Program-made: the position numbers and the translations under genes
In this document: positions 43,795 through 56,740 of the stretch, one piece after another
How positions within the stretch are numbered: the first letter of the stretch is position 1
How the letters are laid out: every line of letters begins with the position of its first letter
NCBI GenBank assembly: GCA_964016885.1
Contig: CAXHJY010001092.1
Span: forward strand, 1-64,000
DNA length: 64,000 nucleotides
From: Eledone cirrhosa
Taxonomy: Eukaryota
Direction: 5' to 3'
Notes under the pieces: generated by a model
Told to the model about the DNA's origin: nothing
The model's database searches: none
The model's input: the letters and a program-made list of their open reading frames with translations, nothing else

Positions 43795-44590
43795 ATACAG
43801 TAACTAATATACACTATATATAGTAACTAATATACACTATATACACAGTAACTAATATACACTATATACAGTTACTAATATACACTATATACATAGTAAC
43901 TAATATACACTATATATAGTAACTAATATACACTATATACACAGTAACTAATATACACTATATATACAGTAACTAATATACACTATATACACTTACTAAT
44001 ATACACTATATACAGTAACTAATATACACTATATATAGTAACTAATATACACTATATACACAGTAACTAATATACACTATATATACACTTACTAATATAC
44101 ACTATATATAGTAACTAATATACACTATATACACAGTAACTAATATACACTATATACAGTTACTAATATACACTATATACACTTACTAATATACACTATA
44201 TATAGTTACTAATATACACTATATACAGTTACTAATATACACTATATACACTTACTAATATACACTATATATAGTAACTAATATACACTATATATACAGT
44301 TACTAATATACACTATATATAGTAACTAATATACACTATATATAGTAACTAATATACACTATATATACAGTTACTAATATACACTATATACAGTTACTAA
44401 TATACACTATATACAGTTACTAATATACACTATATACAGTTACTAATATACACTATATACAGTTACTAATATACACTATATATAGTAACTAATATACACT
44501 ATATATACAGTTACTAATATACACTATATATAGTAACTAATATACACTATATACACAGTAACTAATATACACTATATATAGTAACTAATA
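43795..44590. repeat. ~22-26-bp minisatellite AGT(A/T)ACTAATATACACTATAT(A) (intron 5)
   Basis: Direct reading. Confidence 0.95.
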
Positions 44591-44799
44591 CCACAAAAAT
44601 ACAATAGTATATATAGAGTAGTGTAAATACTTAAGGGTTAAATACACACATCTCCAATATCCGAATGGTTAAAAAATGTCAGCAGAAGGACAGCGAGAAG
44701 TTAAGGACTGAAATACTTGAATGAGGAAGAGAGGGTCGTCTCTGAGGAGTTACTTCTGTTCAACACTCCTGAGAGTTTTGTACCCCTATATATTCACAG

Positions 44800-44891
44800 G
44801 TGCTGTCTGTAAGATGTACTTTGATGTGGAGTTTTATAGAGAGAACAACCCAGACTTGGATGGGCACAGGGTGTGTGATACTTTGATTCAG
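44800..44891 (+). CDS. PRIMPOL: PrimPol exon 6, AEP motif I ([31 protein letters not shown])
   Basis: CKxYFDxEF catalytic DxE motif. CAG acceptor and CAG|GT donor. Confidence 0.96.
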
Positions 44892-44962
44892 GTAGCTTGC
44901 TTTCCAGTTTCATTTTTATGCTATATTTATATATTTTTGCGCATATGTGTGTGTGTGTGTAC

Positions 44963-44993
<31 letters not shown>

Positions 44994-44994
44994 C

Positions 44995-45026
<32 letters not shown>

Positions 45027-45055
45027 GTGTGTGTGTGTGTGTGTACATATATATG

Positions 45056-45106
<51 letters not shown>

Positions 45107-45181
45107 GTATATATATATACATATGTATGTATATATGTATATATATATATATACACACGTGTGTGTGTGTACATATATATG

Positions 45182-45252
<71 letters not shown>

Positions 45253-45297
45253 ATATATATATACATATGTATGTATGTATATATATATATACATATG

Positions 45298-45362
<65 letters not shown>

Positions 45363-45411
45363 GTATATATACATGTACATATATATATATATATATATAT
45401 GTATGTATATG

Positions 45412-45564
<153 letters not shown>

Positions 45565-45658
45565 AAGAAGCCATTTCTATATTAAATTTGATGTTTACAC
45601 TCTGCTAATGTATTGAGTACCTTACTTACTGTGGTTACCCCCGATTGAACCCGGGACT

Positions 45659-45689
<31 letters not shown>

Positions 45690-45709
45690 CATCATCTTCC
45701 ACGCTAATA

Positions 45710-46855
45710 TAAGTGGCTGAAATGGGGTTCCCCTGAAGGGTTTTTGGAGTAATGTTACTTGATAGAGTGTGTAGCTCAGAGATCAGAGACTCACTCCAGG
45801 TAGAGCCGCTACTTCTCTGAATTGAAAGATCACAGCTCTGATACTATGGACATGTGTTTAGAATGTCCCAGGAAAGAATCGCTGGACAGATTTGTAGCTC
45901 AGAGATCAGAGAGTCACTCCAGATAGAGCTGCTGCTTCTCTGAATTGAGAAATCACAGCTCTGATACTATGGACATGTGGTTAGAATGTCTCAGGAAAGA
46001 ATCGCTGGACAGATTTGTAGCTCAGAGATCAGAGAGTCACTCCAGGTAGAGCTGCTGCTTCTCTGAATTGAGAAATCACAGCTCTGATACTATGGACATG
46101 TGGTTAGAATGTCTCAGGAAAGAATCGCTGGACAGATTTGTAGCTCAGAGATCAGAGAGTCACTCCAGATAGAGCTGCTGCTTCTCTGAATTGAAAGATC
46201 ACAGCTCTGATACTATGGACATGTGTTTAGAATGTCCCAGGAAAGAATCGCTGGACAGATTTGTAGCTCAGAGATCAGAGAGTCACTCCAGATAGAGCTG
46301 CTGCTTCTCTGAATGGAGAAATCACAGCTCTGATACTATGGACATGTGGTTAGAATGTCTCAGGAAAGAATCGCTGGACAGATTTGTAGCTCAGAGATCA
46401 GAGAGTCACTCCAGATAGAGCTGCTGCTTCTCTGAATTGAAAGATCACAGCTCTGATACTATGGACATGTGGTTAGAATGTCTCAGGAAAGAATCGCTGG
46501 ACAGATTTGTAGCTCAGAGATCAGAGAGTCACTCCAGATAGAGCTGCTGCTTCTCTGAATTGAAAGATCACAGCTCTGATACTATGGACATGTGGTTAGA
46601 ATGTCTCAGGAAAGAATCGCTGGACAGATTTTACGGGCAAAACCAATCGGCGGGAGACCCAGGGGTAGACCCCGAGCAAGATGGTTGGTGGTTGGATAAC
46701 ATCCATGAGGTTGGCTGGTCTTCGCTGGGGATCCAGCTGGATCAGTTGGAGACGGTTGCTTCTGACAGGACCTACTGGAAGGAGTCTTTGAGGACTCTGC
46801 TCCCACAGCCATCTCAGGAATAAGTGAGTGAAGAAGAAGGAGAAGAAGAAGAAGG
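45710..46855 (+). mobile_element. RTE LINE 3' end with an internal 123-bp x7 tandem amplification and (GAA)n tail
   Basis: Unit encodes IERSQL*YYGHVVRMSQERIAGQI. The unique part continues …GRPRGRPRARW…, then (GAA)n. Confidence 0.85.
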
Positions 46856-47117
46856 CTATTAAATAAATTGTTTTAATGTAGAGCCCAAAGTAGTGGGAGG
46901 GTTTGATATCTAAAGGTTTAATCTTCAGCGCGCTCTAGGTGCCTTATGTTGCCAATAGAGTAGTCTCCTCTTAATACATAATGCAGTGTCAAGGGAAGCA
47001 ATTCATAAAAGGTTAATTAAACTGTGAGACAGTAATTCTATTTCCATGGCAACAGTTTTTAATTAATCACAAATTGAAATTCTATAAATGTATGTATTTT
47101 TTTAAAAATAATTTCAG

Positions 47118-47191
47118 TATGTGTGTGCTTGGTTACATCATCTGTTTAAAGTGCCATGTGATAGCAGACGTGTGCTACGATTGGATGCCAG
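47118..47191 (+). CDS. PRIMPOL: PrimPol exon 7 (YVCAWLHHLFKVPCDSRRVLRLDA-S)
   Basis: TTTCAG acceptor and AG|GTACTG donor. YVC...VLxLDxS pattern. Confidence 0.93.
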
Positions 47192-47414
47192 GTACTGTAC
47201 TATTATTACCATAACAACAACATCGTCATCATCATCATCACGTCCGCTTTCCATGCTTGCATGAGTTGGACATCATGATTTTATGTCCATTTTTCATGCT
47301 AGCATGGGTTGGACAAGTCATCATGGTCCAAGGCTGGATAGGTTAGATAACCACATCAGGCTCATATGTTCCATAATTTGGCATAGTTTCTATGTCTGGA
47401 TGCCCTTCCTAACA

Positions 47415-47900
47415 GCACTACCACTTTACAGAGTGTGCTGGGAACATTTCATTGTGCTGCCATGACTACCACTTTATAAATACTGCTGGGTACATTTTAT
47501 CTTGGCACCAGCACTACCACTTTACAGAGTGTACTGGGTATATTTTATCTTGGCACCAGTACTACCACTTTACAGAGTGTACTGGGTATATTTTATTTTG
47601 GCACCAGTACTACCACTTTACAGAGTGTACTGGGTATATTTTATTTTGGCGCCAGTACTACCACTTTACAGAGTGTACTGGGTATATTTTATTTTGGCAC
47701 CAGTACTACCACTTTACAGTGTGTACTGGGTATATTTTATCTTGGCACCAGTACTACCACTTTACAGAGTGTACTGGGTATATTTTATCTTGGCACCAGT
47801 ACTACCACTTTACAGAGTGTACCAGGTATATTTTATCTTGGCACCAGTACTACCACTTTACAGAGTGTACTGAGTGTATTTTATCTTGGCACCAGCACTA
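47415..47900. repeat. 48-bp minisatellite (intron 7), derived from a SINE-family CACTTTACAGAGTG motif
   Basis: GCACCAGTACTACCACTTTACAGAGTGTACTGGGTATATTTTATCTTG, about 9-10 copies. Confidence 0.93.
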
Positions 47901-48676
47901 GAGAGGCTGCTATGTACTCAGCAAGACTGAAGAGTCCTATCTACTTTATATTGTCTCCATTTGATCGCTCACAGCACAGTTACTTCTTTTGTTATCATAT
48001 CTTTAATGAAATTAAGAGGGGTAACCCTTTTATTACCATATCTTTAATGAAATCACAGTACAGTTAACCCCTTTGTTCCCATATCTTTAATGAAATACCC
48101 TGTCTTTCAGTTAGTTAATAAGAAATTATTTCATTAGTGAGATGGTGATTTTCAAATAACTTAACAAAAGTAAAATATATGTTGAAAAAATTTGAATTTA
48201 AATAAGAATTTATTTAATATGGGTGGCCTTGTATTATAGAACCAGGGGTGGTTTTTGTGTCAGTTCGTATCAAAAGGGTTAATGATATTGAGTTCTTTGA
48301 ATGGATGCATACAAAGGCACATATTTTCTCATACATCAATACATATGTATGCAAAAGGTAAGCAGAAATAACAAAGCAAACAACACAGTACAATGAAGAA
48401 ATATCTTATTTTTATGTTTGAAAAAGTATTCCAAGTACGTCAACTGACAAAGAAAGGAGAGAAAGAGCACAAAGGCTTAGCCAAAGAAGAACAAAATATA
48501 TACACACACAAAAGCTCAAAGCATGTGTATTAGGAAGGATCTGTTAGACATACTAGGTGGGTTTTTTTCAGATATTGTATATTTAATAGGTCCTTTTTTT
48601 AAATATTGGAAGATGTGATTTGATGATAACGGTGGTATATTGATGATAATTTCAAAACTATTTATTTTCATTCCAG

Positions 48677-48750
48677 TACCAGTTCAAAGTACAGTGAACA
48701 TTTGGTCTTCAACCTCAACCAAGCTGCATTTACTGACAACTATAATGTTG
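48677..48750 (+). CDS. PRIMPOL: PrimPol exon 8, AEP motif II (TSSKYSEHLVFNLNQAAFTDNYNV-G)
   Basis: KxSxHL motif and FxDN. TTCCAG acceptor and G|GTAAG donor. Confidence 0.95.
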
Positions 48751-49204
48751 GTAAGTTTACTATAACAATACAGATTTACAAACCATTCTTTATCCAAAAT
48801 TCCAAACTCTGAAATTTTTGTTTACTTCTAGTACTGACGAGTAAGGGCATCCAACCATAGAAAACCTGCTGAAAAAAGGGTCAGGGAGATACTTTAGTTA
48901 CACCAAAGGCATAACAACTTTCTTAGTGTTGATGCCATGATAAAATACACACTGTTGAGCGTGAAATCACATTTTGAGCATGGAATCACATGTTGAGCCA
49001 CTAGTCCACTTGGAGGTCAGAGGTTTTGTAGAGAACTGGCTGGCTTATGACATGTCCAACCCTTGCTTGTAGGGAAAACAGACATTAAACAATGATGATG
49101 ATGACATAGCTCACCACAAACGAGACATATCCAAAATATTTTAGTAAAAAATAGGGGTCGACTTTTATAAACATACCATATTTCTTTAGAAATACAAAAT
49201 TCAA

Positions 49205-49470
49205 ATACATATTTTTTCACGCTTAGAGTTGCTGAAGCATGGAACAAACTGCCTGCGTTAGTTGTTAGCTGCCGAGACACTGCATCCTTTAAAACCCTCA
49301 TGCTTCCCGAAATTCGCCAAAACTACATTTGATGTCCCCCTTCCATACACATGCACACATGTGTATATCTTGACTCATGCACTGTTCATTTTCCTGACGT
49401 TTGTACATTACCCTATGTACTATACATACACTTTTTGATGAGTTGTAGTGCACCTGAGCACTGTACACAA
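49205..49470 (+). mobile_element. CR1/L2-type LINE 3' end
   Basis: FFTLRVAEAWNKLPALVVSCRDTASFK. Confidence 0.75.
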
Positions 49471-50132
49471 TATTTTCATTATTATCATTATTATTATATG
49501 GCCGATTTAAATGCTAAAGGGTTAAAGTGGAAGAAGCCATATTTTTCTTACAACAGTGTTTCATAGTCCACTTTTTCTTCCTTAAATATGTGTATTTTCC
49601 TGAATATCATTTCCTTTGTATATATGTACAAAATACTGTGTGTTTCTCAAACAATATATGACTCTTTCTCTCTCTACATATATCTTTTAATTTGAATTAT
49701 ATATATATATATATATAAATGGAGGCACATGTCTTAGTGGTTAGAGCATTGGGCTTGCAATCAAAAGGCTGTGAGTTCAATTCTCAGACCGGGTGATGTG
49801 TTGTTTCCTTGAGCAAGACACTTTATTTCACATTACTCCAGTTTACTCAGCTGTAGAAATGAGATGATAGGGACTGCAAAGTGGTCGTGGAGGCGCCACG
49901 GCAAAAAAGCACCCAGCACTCACTGTAAATGAGGTTGGTGTTAGGAAGGGCATCCCGCTGTAGAAATCAAGCCAGAATCAGTTCTCGTCCCACCCTTGCA
50001 AGCAGAGAAAATCAGGCATAAAATGATGGTGATGATGATGATATATTTACACACACAAATTTTTTTATTAATATCAATCTTTACATAAACACATCTATAC
50101 TGTATTGTCATCTTTCATCTTTCTTTATTCAG

Positions 50133-50861
50133 GTTCTTTTGTGAAATTTATCTGTTCTCATCTTGTGATATGGTTACGGCAGAACAGAAAAGAACTTCAT
50201 CACAGTAAACCTTTGTTACAAACGCCTGCTGACCCACATCCAAACTGCACTGAGCCTGGAGATGCTGACCCACATCCAAAACACACTGAGCCTGGAGTTG
50301 CTGATCCACATCTAAACCACACTGAGCCTCTGATGCAAGATCCTGGAGTTGCTGATCCACATCTGAACCACACTGAGCCTGGAGTTGCTGATCCACATCT
50401 AAACCACACTGAGTCTGGAGTTGGTGATCCACATCCAAACCACACTGAGCGTCTGATGCAAGAGCCTGGAGTTGTTGATCCACACTCAAACCACACTGAG
50501 CCTCTGATACAAGAGCCTGGAGTTGCTGATCCACACCCAAATCACACTGATCCTCTGTTACAAGAAGTTGATCCATCTAAAAGTCCTCTCTCACTAGCAG
50601 CAACAACTACCAAGGATAGTTCCAGTTCAAGAAACCATCTTCTGCCACAACCATCGATATCCTCATCATCTCTGCCACAGCCATCAACATCAACACCATC
50701 TCCAACCCGAGCCATCGAATCACCATTGTGTTCTGTTGTCATAAATGACGAAGATGTGGTCTGTAAGCCAGGAGAAGTTCTCTCACAGTTTTCATTGTCA
50801 GATTTGAAGGAAATGGTAGTCTTGGACAAAGACGGTGATGAAACTTCAATCTGTGACCTTG
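50133..50861 (+). CDS. PRIMPOL: PrimPol exon 9 (729 nt; includes the DPH tandem repeats; ends ICDL-G, motif III)
   Basis: Open 729-nt exon with TTCAG acceptor and G|GTAAG donor. Starts GSFVKFI and ends CDLG, which continues as VYTKNRNFR in exon 10. Confidence 0.9.
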
Positions 50862-52025
50862 GTAAGTAGTTGAACTATTAGGAAAAGTAATCAAATGAGT
50901 TGGGAGGACTCTTCAGCTGTGTCGAAGACATGACAACCTCTCTAGTAGTAGTAGTGCCAATGCTATGATAAAATGCATCTAGTACACACTGTAAAGTGAT
51001 AATTATAATACTGATGTCATGATAAAATGCACCCTGCACACTCTGTAACATGTTAGTGCTGGTACCACAATATATACACTCGGTATATGCTGTAAAGTGG
51101 TAGTGTTATGGCCAGTGTCATGCTAATATACACCCACTACACTTTAACAAGTGGTTGTGCTGGTGCTACAATAAAATGCACCAAGTACACCTTGTAAAGT
51201 GGTAATGCTGGTGCTACAATAAAATGCACCCAGTACTTTCTGTAAAGTGGTTGGTATTAGGAAGGACATCCCACCATAGAAGATAGACCAAATTATGGAA
51301 TGTCTGCCCTGATTTTATGATACAAAACTATTTATTTCAAAGTGTTTACATCTATCTAAAACAGAAACTTCCATCATAATTTTATGTAATAATCTTTAAG
51401 TTTGCTTTAGGGAGAGGGGCCTGCTCAAAAAATATATTGTAGTCTCCAGTTCATGGCACAAAAACTGGTGATGGGCCTGCAACTTGTCCTGAGAGGTGTG
51501 GGACGGTCAAACAAAGATTGCTTATCTTGAGACCCCAAAGAGGGTTGAGAAGGGAGCCAACCTTGACAACTGACCTTTATGTTATGTTCCAAATACCATC
51601 TTAATACCGAGAAAGTTTGTTGTATGACTAAATCCCTTCAAATTCTTGATTATTTTCGAAATGATTTGAAAATCATAGAGAGTGCCTTTTATTAGAAATA
51701 TGGTAACTAAGCCTGTTTGGTCATGTCAGGGACATAGGCAGTGTCTATTAATAGAAATATAGTAATGAAAGCATTAACTGCTATCTTCTATACCAGTCAT
51801 GGGCAAACTGCAGCCCGTGAACCACATACTGTCCATTTGGCTTACTGAATGGCATGCCTAATTTCAAAATGGCCTTGAAATTTTTAGTAGTATTTATGGT
51901 GAGCCACATCCCATGCGGCCCACTGCTCAAAAAAGGATGCCCATTCCTGATCTACACTATCAGACATTATCTCTCTCTCTATATATATATATATGTGTGT
52001 GACTTCTATCTCTGTTCTACTCTAG

Positions 52026-52176
52026 GTGTTTACACAAAGAATCGCAACTTTCGGTTATTCCAATCTTCAAAACTTGGTAAAAAGAATCCATTAGTTGTCT
52101 CAAATCATAGTCAATACTCCACAGACAAGCAAGACAAAGAGAATATCTTTTATGACTCCCTCATTGCCAATGTAAA
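52026..52176 (+). CDS. PRIMPOL: PrimPol exon 10 (VYTKNRNFRLFQSSKLGKKNPL...FYDSLIANV-K)
   Basis: Highly conserved GVYTxNRNFRLxxSSKxGK. TAG acceptor and AA|GTAAGT donor. Confidence 0.97.
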
Positions 52177-52319
52177 GTAAGTTCTATACCATACTTACAT
52201 ATTTCTTTCATTCTTTTACTGATTTCAGTTTTAAAAAATATGTACCCAGGTCACTGGTGACTAAGTGTGTCAGTGTTTGCCTTTCTCATGGATAACATCA
52301 TATCATCATCATCATTTTA

Positions 52320-52616
52320 TGTCCGCTCTTCCCTGCTTGCATGAGTGGGACACATCTTATTCAGCACAGCATCTCTCGACTTGTCACGGTCCTTTGTCAT
52401 CTCCACCGTGAGCTTCAGCGATCTGAGGTCTGTACTCACCACCTCCACCCATGTTTTTCCTGGTCTACCTCTACCACGTCTTCCTTCAACTGGCATTTCC
52501 TGGCACTTCTTCACCCATCGGTCATCCTCCATGTGCATCACATGTCCATACCAACGCAGTCTCCTCTCTCGCACACTACATTCTATCCCTCTCAGACACA
52601 GTTTCTCTCTCAACAC
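52320..52616 (-). mobile_element. RTE LINE 3' fragment (same family as 34810-35235)
   Basis: RERRLRWYGHVMHMEDDRWVKKC…GRRGRGRPGKTW. Confidence 0.85.
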
Positions 52617-53649
52617 ATATATAGTGTGTATTTTGGTGTTTTAGTGTCACGATAAAAAGCACCCAGTCCACTCTGTAAATGTGATTGGCATTAGGAAGTG
52701 CATTCAGCTGTAGAAACAAAGCTAGAAACAGTTCTAAATGAACAAGATACTGTCATCTGATCTGGCCTGACTCACAACAGGACAATTTGTCTAACCCATC
52801 CTAGCATGGAAAAATGGACGTTAAATGGTAATGGTATATGTATATATATCATTACCATTTAACGTTGGTATAACTGGCGCTATGCAGTTATGTCCCAAGA
52901 CAAAAGTGCCCAGGCCCCACTGTAAAGTGGTTGTGTCGGTGACACGACAAAAGTGCCCTGTCCATACTGTAAAGAACATCTAGCCCACACTGTAAAGTGA
53001 TTGTGTAGGTGTCATGGCAAAAAGCACCCAAATCACACTGTAAAGTGGACATGTAAAGGTCACGGCAAAAAGCACCCAGCACACACTGTAAATGTGGTTG
53101 GAATTAGGAAGGGCACTCAGCCGTAGAAAACCAGCCCCAAAACACCCAGCCCACACTGCAAAATGGACATGTAAAAGACACGGCAAAAAGCACCTAGTTC
53201 ACACTGTAAATGTGGTTGGCGTTAGGAAGGGTATCCAGCCATAGAAAACCAGCCAGAAATACCCCTATATGAGCGAGACACGGTCACCCGACCCAACTTG
53301 CCTCTGAATGGGACAAACCCATCTAACCCATGCTAGCGTGGAAGATAGACATTAAGCGGTGGTGATGATTATATATATAATTGACAAATACGTTATATAT
53401 TTAATCACATAATTATTAAATTATTATAATTAACCATATACATTAGTAGCTTATAATTTACCATAATACAATATATTTTTCATGTAACCAATATAATTAG
53501 ATTCACATTCTTAAAATATTAAAATATGTTAAAATATATATGTATAGTTACGTGATTTTTCTACGCTCATGTATGTCTATATATATATATATATATATAT
53601 GCCTATATATATATAGAAGTGGTAACACAACAGTTAGTTCACCATACCG

Positions 53650-53683
53650 AGAACAATTGTTTCACCTTAGCGGCTCTTCAGCT
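53650..53683 (-). ncRNA. Ultra-minimal hammerhead motif in the loop of a palindrome
   Basis: On -: AG-CTGAAGA-GCC-GCTAA-GGT-GAAA-CAATTG-TT-CT. Confidence 0.65.
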
Positions 53684-54024
53684 AATTGTTCTCGGTATGG
53701 TGAACTAACTGTTGTGTTACCACTTCTACCTAACTCGTCCCATGGACTGAGTGCTCTACCACTACGGATATTACCTTCCAGTATTCTACCTCCATATATA
53801 TATAGATGTGCATAATTCTATACTAATATTTCACCCTCTAACGACCGCCACACGACCAATATAAACACGCTATTGTTCAAAATTTATCTAGCGTCTATTT
53901 CTGTTTTAATGTATCCTTGTTAACTTATATCCCTTGTGACTTTGAATTTTTACCTTACTGCCGATAGCGGGCTTATACTAGTAAGTTTGCGCTAAGATAT
54001 GTCCATATCTTAACACCAAATATT

Positions 54025-54086
54025 ATATTTTATCTGATGAAAGCACACTAAAATTTAGTGTCCTTGAAATACGTATAATAAAATAA
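54025..54086 (+). ncRNA. Hammerhead ribozyme, family A (sense in PrimPol intron 10)
   Basis: TATTTTAT-CTGATGA-AAGCACACTA-AAATT-TAGTGTCCTT-GAAA-TACGTA-TA-ATAAAATA. Confidence 0.87.
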
Positions 54087-54216
54087 ATATGGTATTTTCC
54101 ATTTATTAATATTGTTAATATTAATGATACTCTATATATAATCTGTAGAGGGCTTCAAATCTGTTATAAAATTAATTCTGTTTAATAATAATCAACAAAC
54201 CATATAACTCATTGTT

Positions 54217-54217
<1 letters not shown>

Positions 54218-54247
<30 letters not shown>

Positions 54248-54257
54248 GGAGATAGTG

Positions 54258-54288
<31 letters not shown>

Positions 54289-54389
54289 TAGTGATATATA
54301 TATATAGAGAGAGAGAGATAGTGATATATATATATATAGAGAGAGAGAGATAGGGATATATATATATATATAGAGAGAGAGAGATAGGG

Positions 54390-54424
<35 letters not shown>

Positions 54425-54459
54425 TAGTGATATATATATATATAGAGAGAGAGAGAGAT

Positions 54460-54512
<53 letters not shown>

Positions 54513-54547
54513 TAGTGATATATATATATATATAGAGAGAGAGAGAT

Positions 54548-54598
<51 letters not shown>

Positions 54599-54633
54599 TA
54601 GTGATATATATATATATATAGAGAGAGAGAGAT

Positions 54634-54682
<49 letters not shown>

Positions 54683-54717
54683 TAGTGATATATATATATA
54701 TATAGAGAGAGAGAGAT

Positions 54718-54780
<63 letters not shown>

Positions 54781-54785
54781 TAGTG

Positions 54786-54822
<37 letters not shown>

Positions 54823-54857
54823 TAGTGAGATATATATATATAGAGAGAGAGAGAGAT

Positions 54858-54943
<86 letters not shown>

Positions 54944-55025
54944 TGATATATATATATAGAGAGAGAGAGAGATAGGGATATATATATATATAGAGAGAGA
55001 GAGATAGGGATATATATATATAGAG

Positions 55026-55061
<36 letters not shown>

Positions 55062-55080
55062 CGAGAGAGAGGGATATATA
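54218..55080. repeat. Compound (TA)n(GA)n-TAG(T/G)GA array
   Basis: Direct reading. Confidence 0.95.
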
Positions 55081-55101
55081 ATGACTGTGATATTATTCCA
55101 G

Positions 55102-55205
55102 GTTCCATCAAGACCTAAAGATCTTAACGTTCCACACTCGAGATGAAATCAAGTTGAAACAGAAAAGATTGTTGACTTTACAAAACAATGAAAGGAAGGA
55201 ACAAT
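55102..55205 (+). CDS. PRIMPOL: PrimPol exon 11 (FHQDLKILTFHTRDEIKLKQKRLLTLQNNERKEQ)
   Basis: TTCCAG acceptor and T|GTTAGT donor. F-x-x-x-L-(K/R)-I-L-T pattern; phases 2/1 bridge exons 10 and 12 exactly. Confidence 0.85.
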
Positions 55206-56535
55206 GTTAGTTTTTGTTATGTTCAACTCCTCCCCATTTCCTCTCTCTCTCTCTCTCTCTCTTCCTTCTCTTTTCCCGCTTTCACATCCACCACTTTCCC
55301 CTCTCTCACCCTCTCTTTCTCTTCTATTACCATTTCAGTTGCCATCTTTATTCCTTCTCTATTAGTTTAGTGGTGTTTGTGTCAGTTTGTATCGAAAGGG
55401 TTAATGATTGATATTGAGTCCTTCTATGAATGGATACATGCATAGGCACATATTTTCTCATACATCAACACACACACATATATGTATGAAAAAGGTAAAC
55501 AGAAATAATGTGCTCAGCAAGACTGAAGAGTCCTATCTACTCTATATTGTCTCCATTTGATCAATCACAGTACAGTTAACCCTTTTATATATATATATAT
55601 ATATATATATCAGAATAGTCTTTCTTCGAGCTATTTCATTGTAAATGATCGCCTGAGATTTGAACTCATTATTATTGATTTTACACTGCTCCTTCGTTGA
55701 GCTGATTTTAGCCCCATACAAACGGCTGTTATTTCTAGCAGCACGAGTATGTGGCTAGCTAGACACTGGATAACCGCATGAGGTTACCTCGTGCGCTAAA
55801 CAGTCTTCCTAAATATTTTGAAGTGGAACATACCAATTTTTATAGTGCTTGCTGAGGAGATCAAAATGCGGTATTCCCTCCACTTTTTCATTATTCGAAA
55901 CATATTTGGATTTTAAGGTTTAAACCTGTCTACGGAACAGGTTTGATTTTGAAATTTAAATTTGTCCAAGCACCACGGCCATTGCCAATACAATTTGTTT
56001 TTGTTGATTTATGATGTATTATCTTAAGTCATGATAGGCAAACTGTAATATTATTATTAGTATATTTCTATCTAGCTAACTTGGTCATTTACAATACATA
56101 CATAAATATGAGGATTTGTTTATCAGATATATTGATTTGTGTTAACCTATATATATATATATATATATGTGTGTGTGCGTGTCAGGGATAATTGTGATGT
56201 CGGTGGAGAGAAGGAAGTGTGTCAGAAATGACTTTGGCGAACTTGCCCTCACTGACGCTGAAAAGGAAAACATCCTTTTATATATATCATTTTTATTCCT
56301 TCCCTTTTAGTTTTAAAGAGCCCCTGCCACTCTTTTTCTTCTGACTATCCCTCCCTCTCTCTCTCTCTCTATCTGACTCCCCTTCATTCTTTCTAACTCC
56401 TTCTACTTCTCACTGACACCCTCTCATTCCCTCTTTCTGCCTTTCACTTCTCCTCATTGTATCCCACTTACCTACCCCTACTCAACTAGCACATCCCTAT
56501 TAAAATATCATCCATTCTTCACTACCTCCTTACAG

Positions 56536-56740
56536 ACGGCATCAAGGGAGATTACTCCTCTACACCTTCTCCATATCCGGAGATTGATTCATTCATCCGC
56601 ACTATAATCAGCAGTGGTAGTCACAATGGTAGAATCTTCCGTTGGATGTATTTCAACAATGAAAACCTCTTGAGTTATGACATCTGTCAGTATCGCTGGT
56701 GTGGTAACATTGGACGTGAACACAAAAGCAACAACATCAG
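56536..56740 (+). CDS. PRIMPOL: PrimPol exon 12 (…SPYPEIDSFI…YDICQYRWCGNIGREHKSNNI-R), first half of the Zn finger
   Basis: SPYPExDxF and RWCxNIGRxHKSNNI motifs. TACAG acceptor and AG|GTAAAC donor. Confidence 0.97.

Noticed and set aside
47452-47901. WHQYYHFTECTGYIL repeat ORF
   Set aside because: A 48-bp intronic minisatellite derived from a dispersed repeat; PrimPol exons 7 and 8 join in phase without it.
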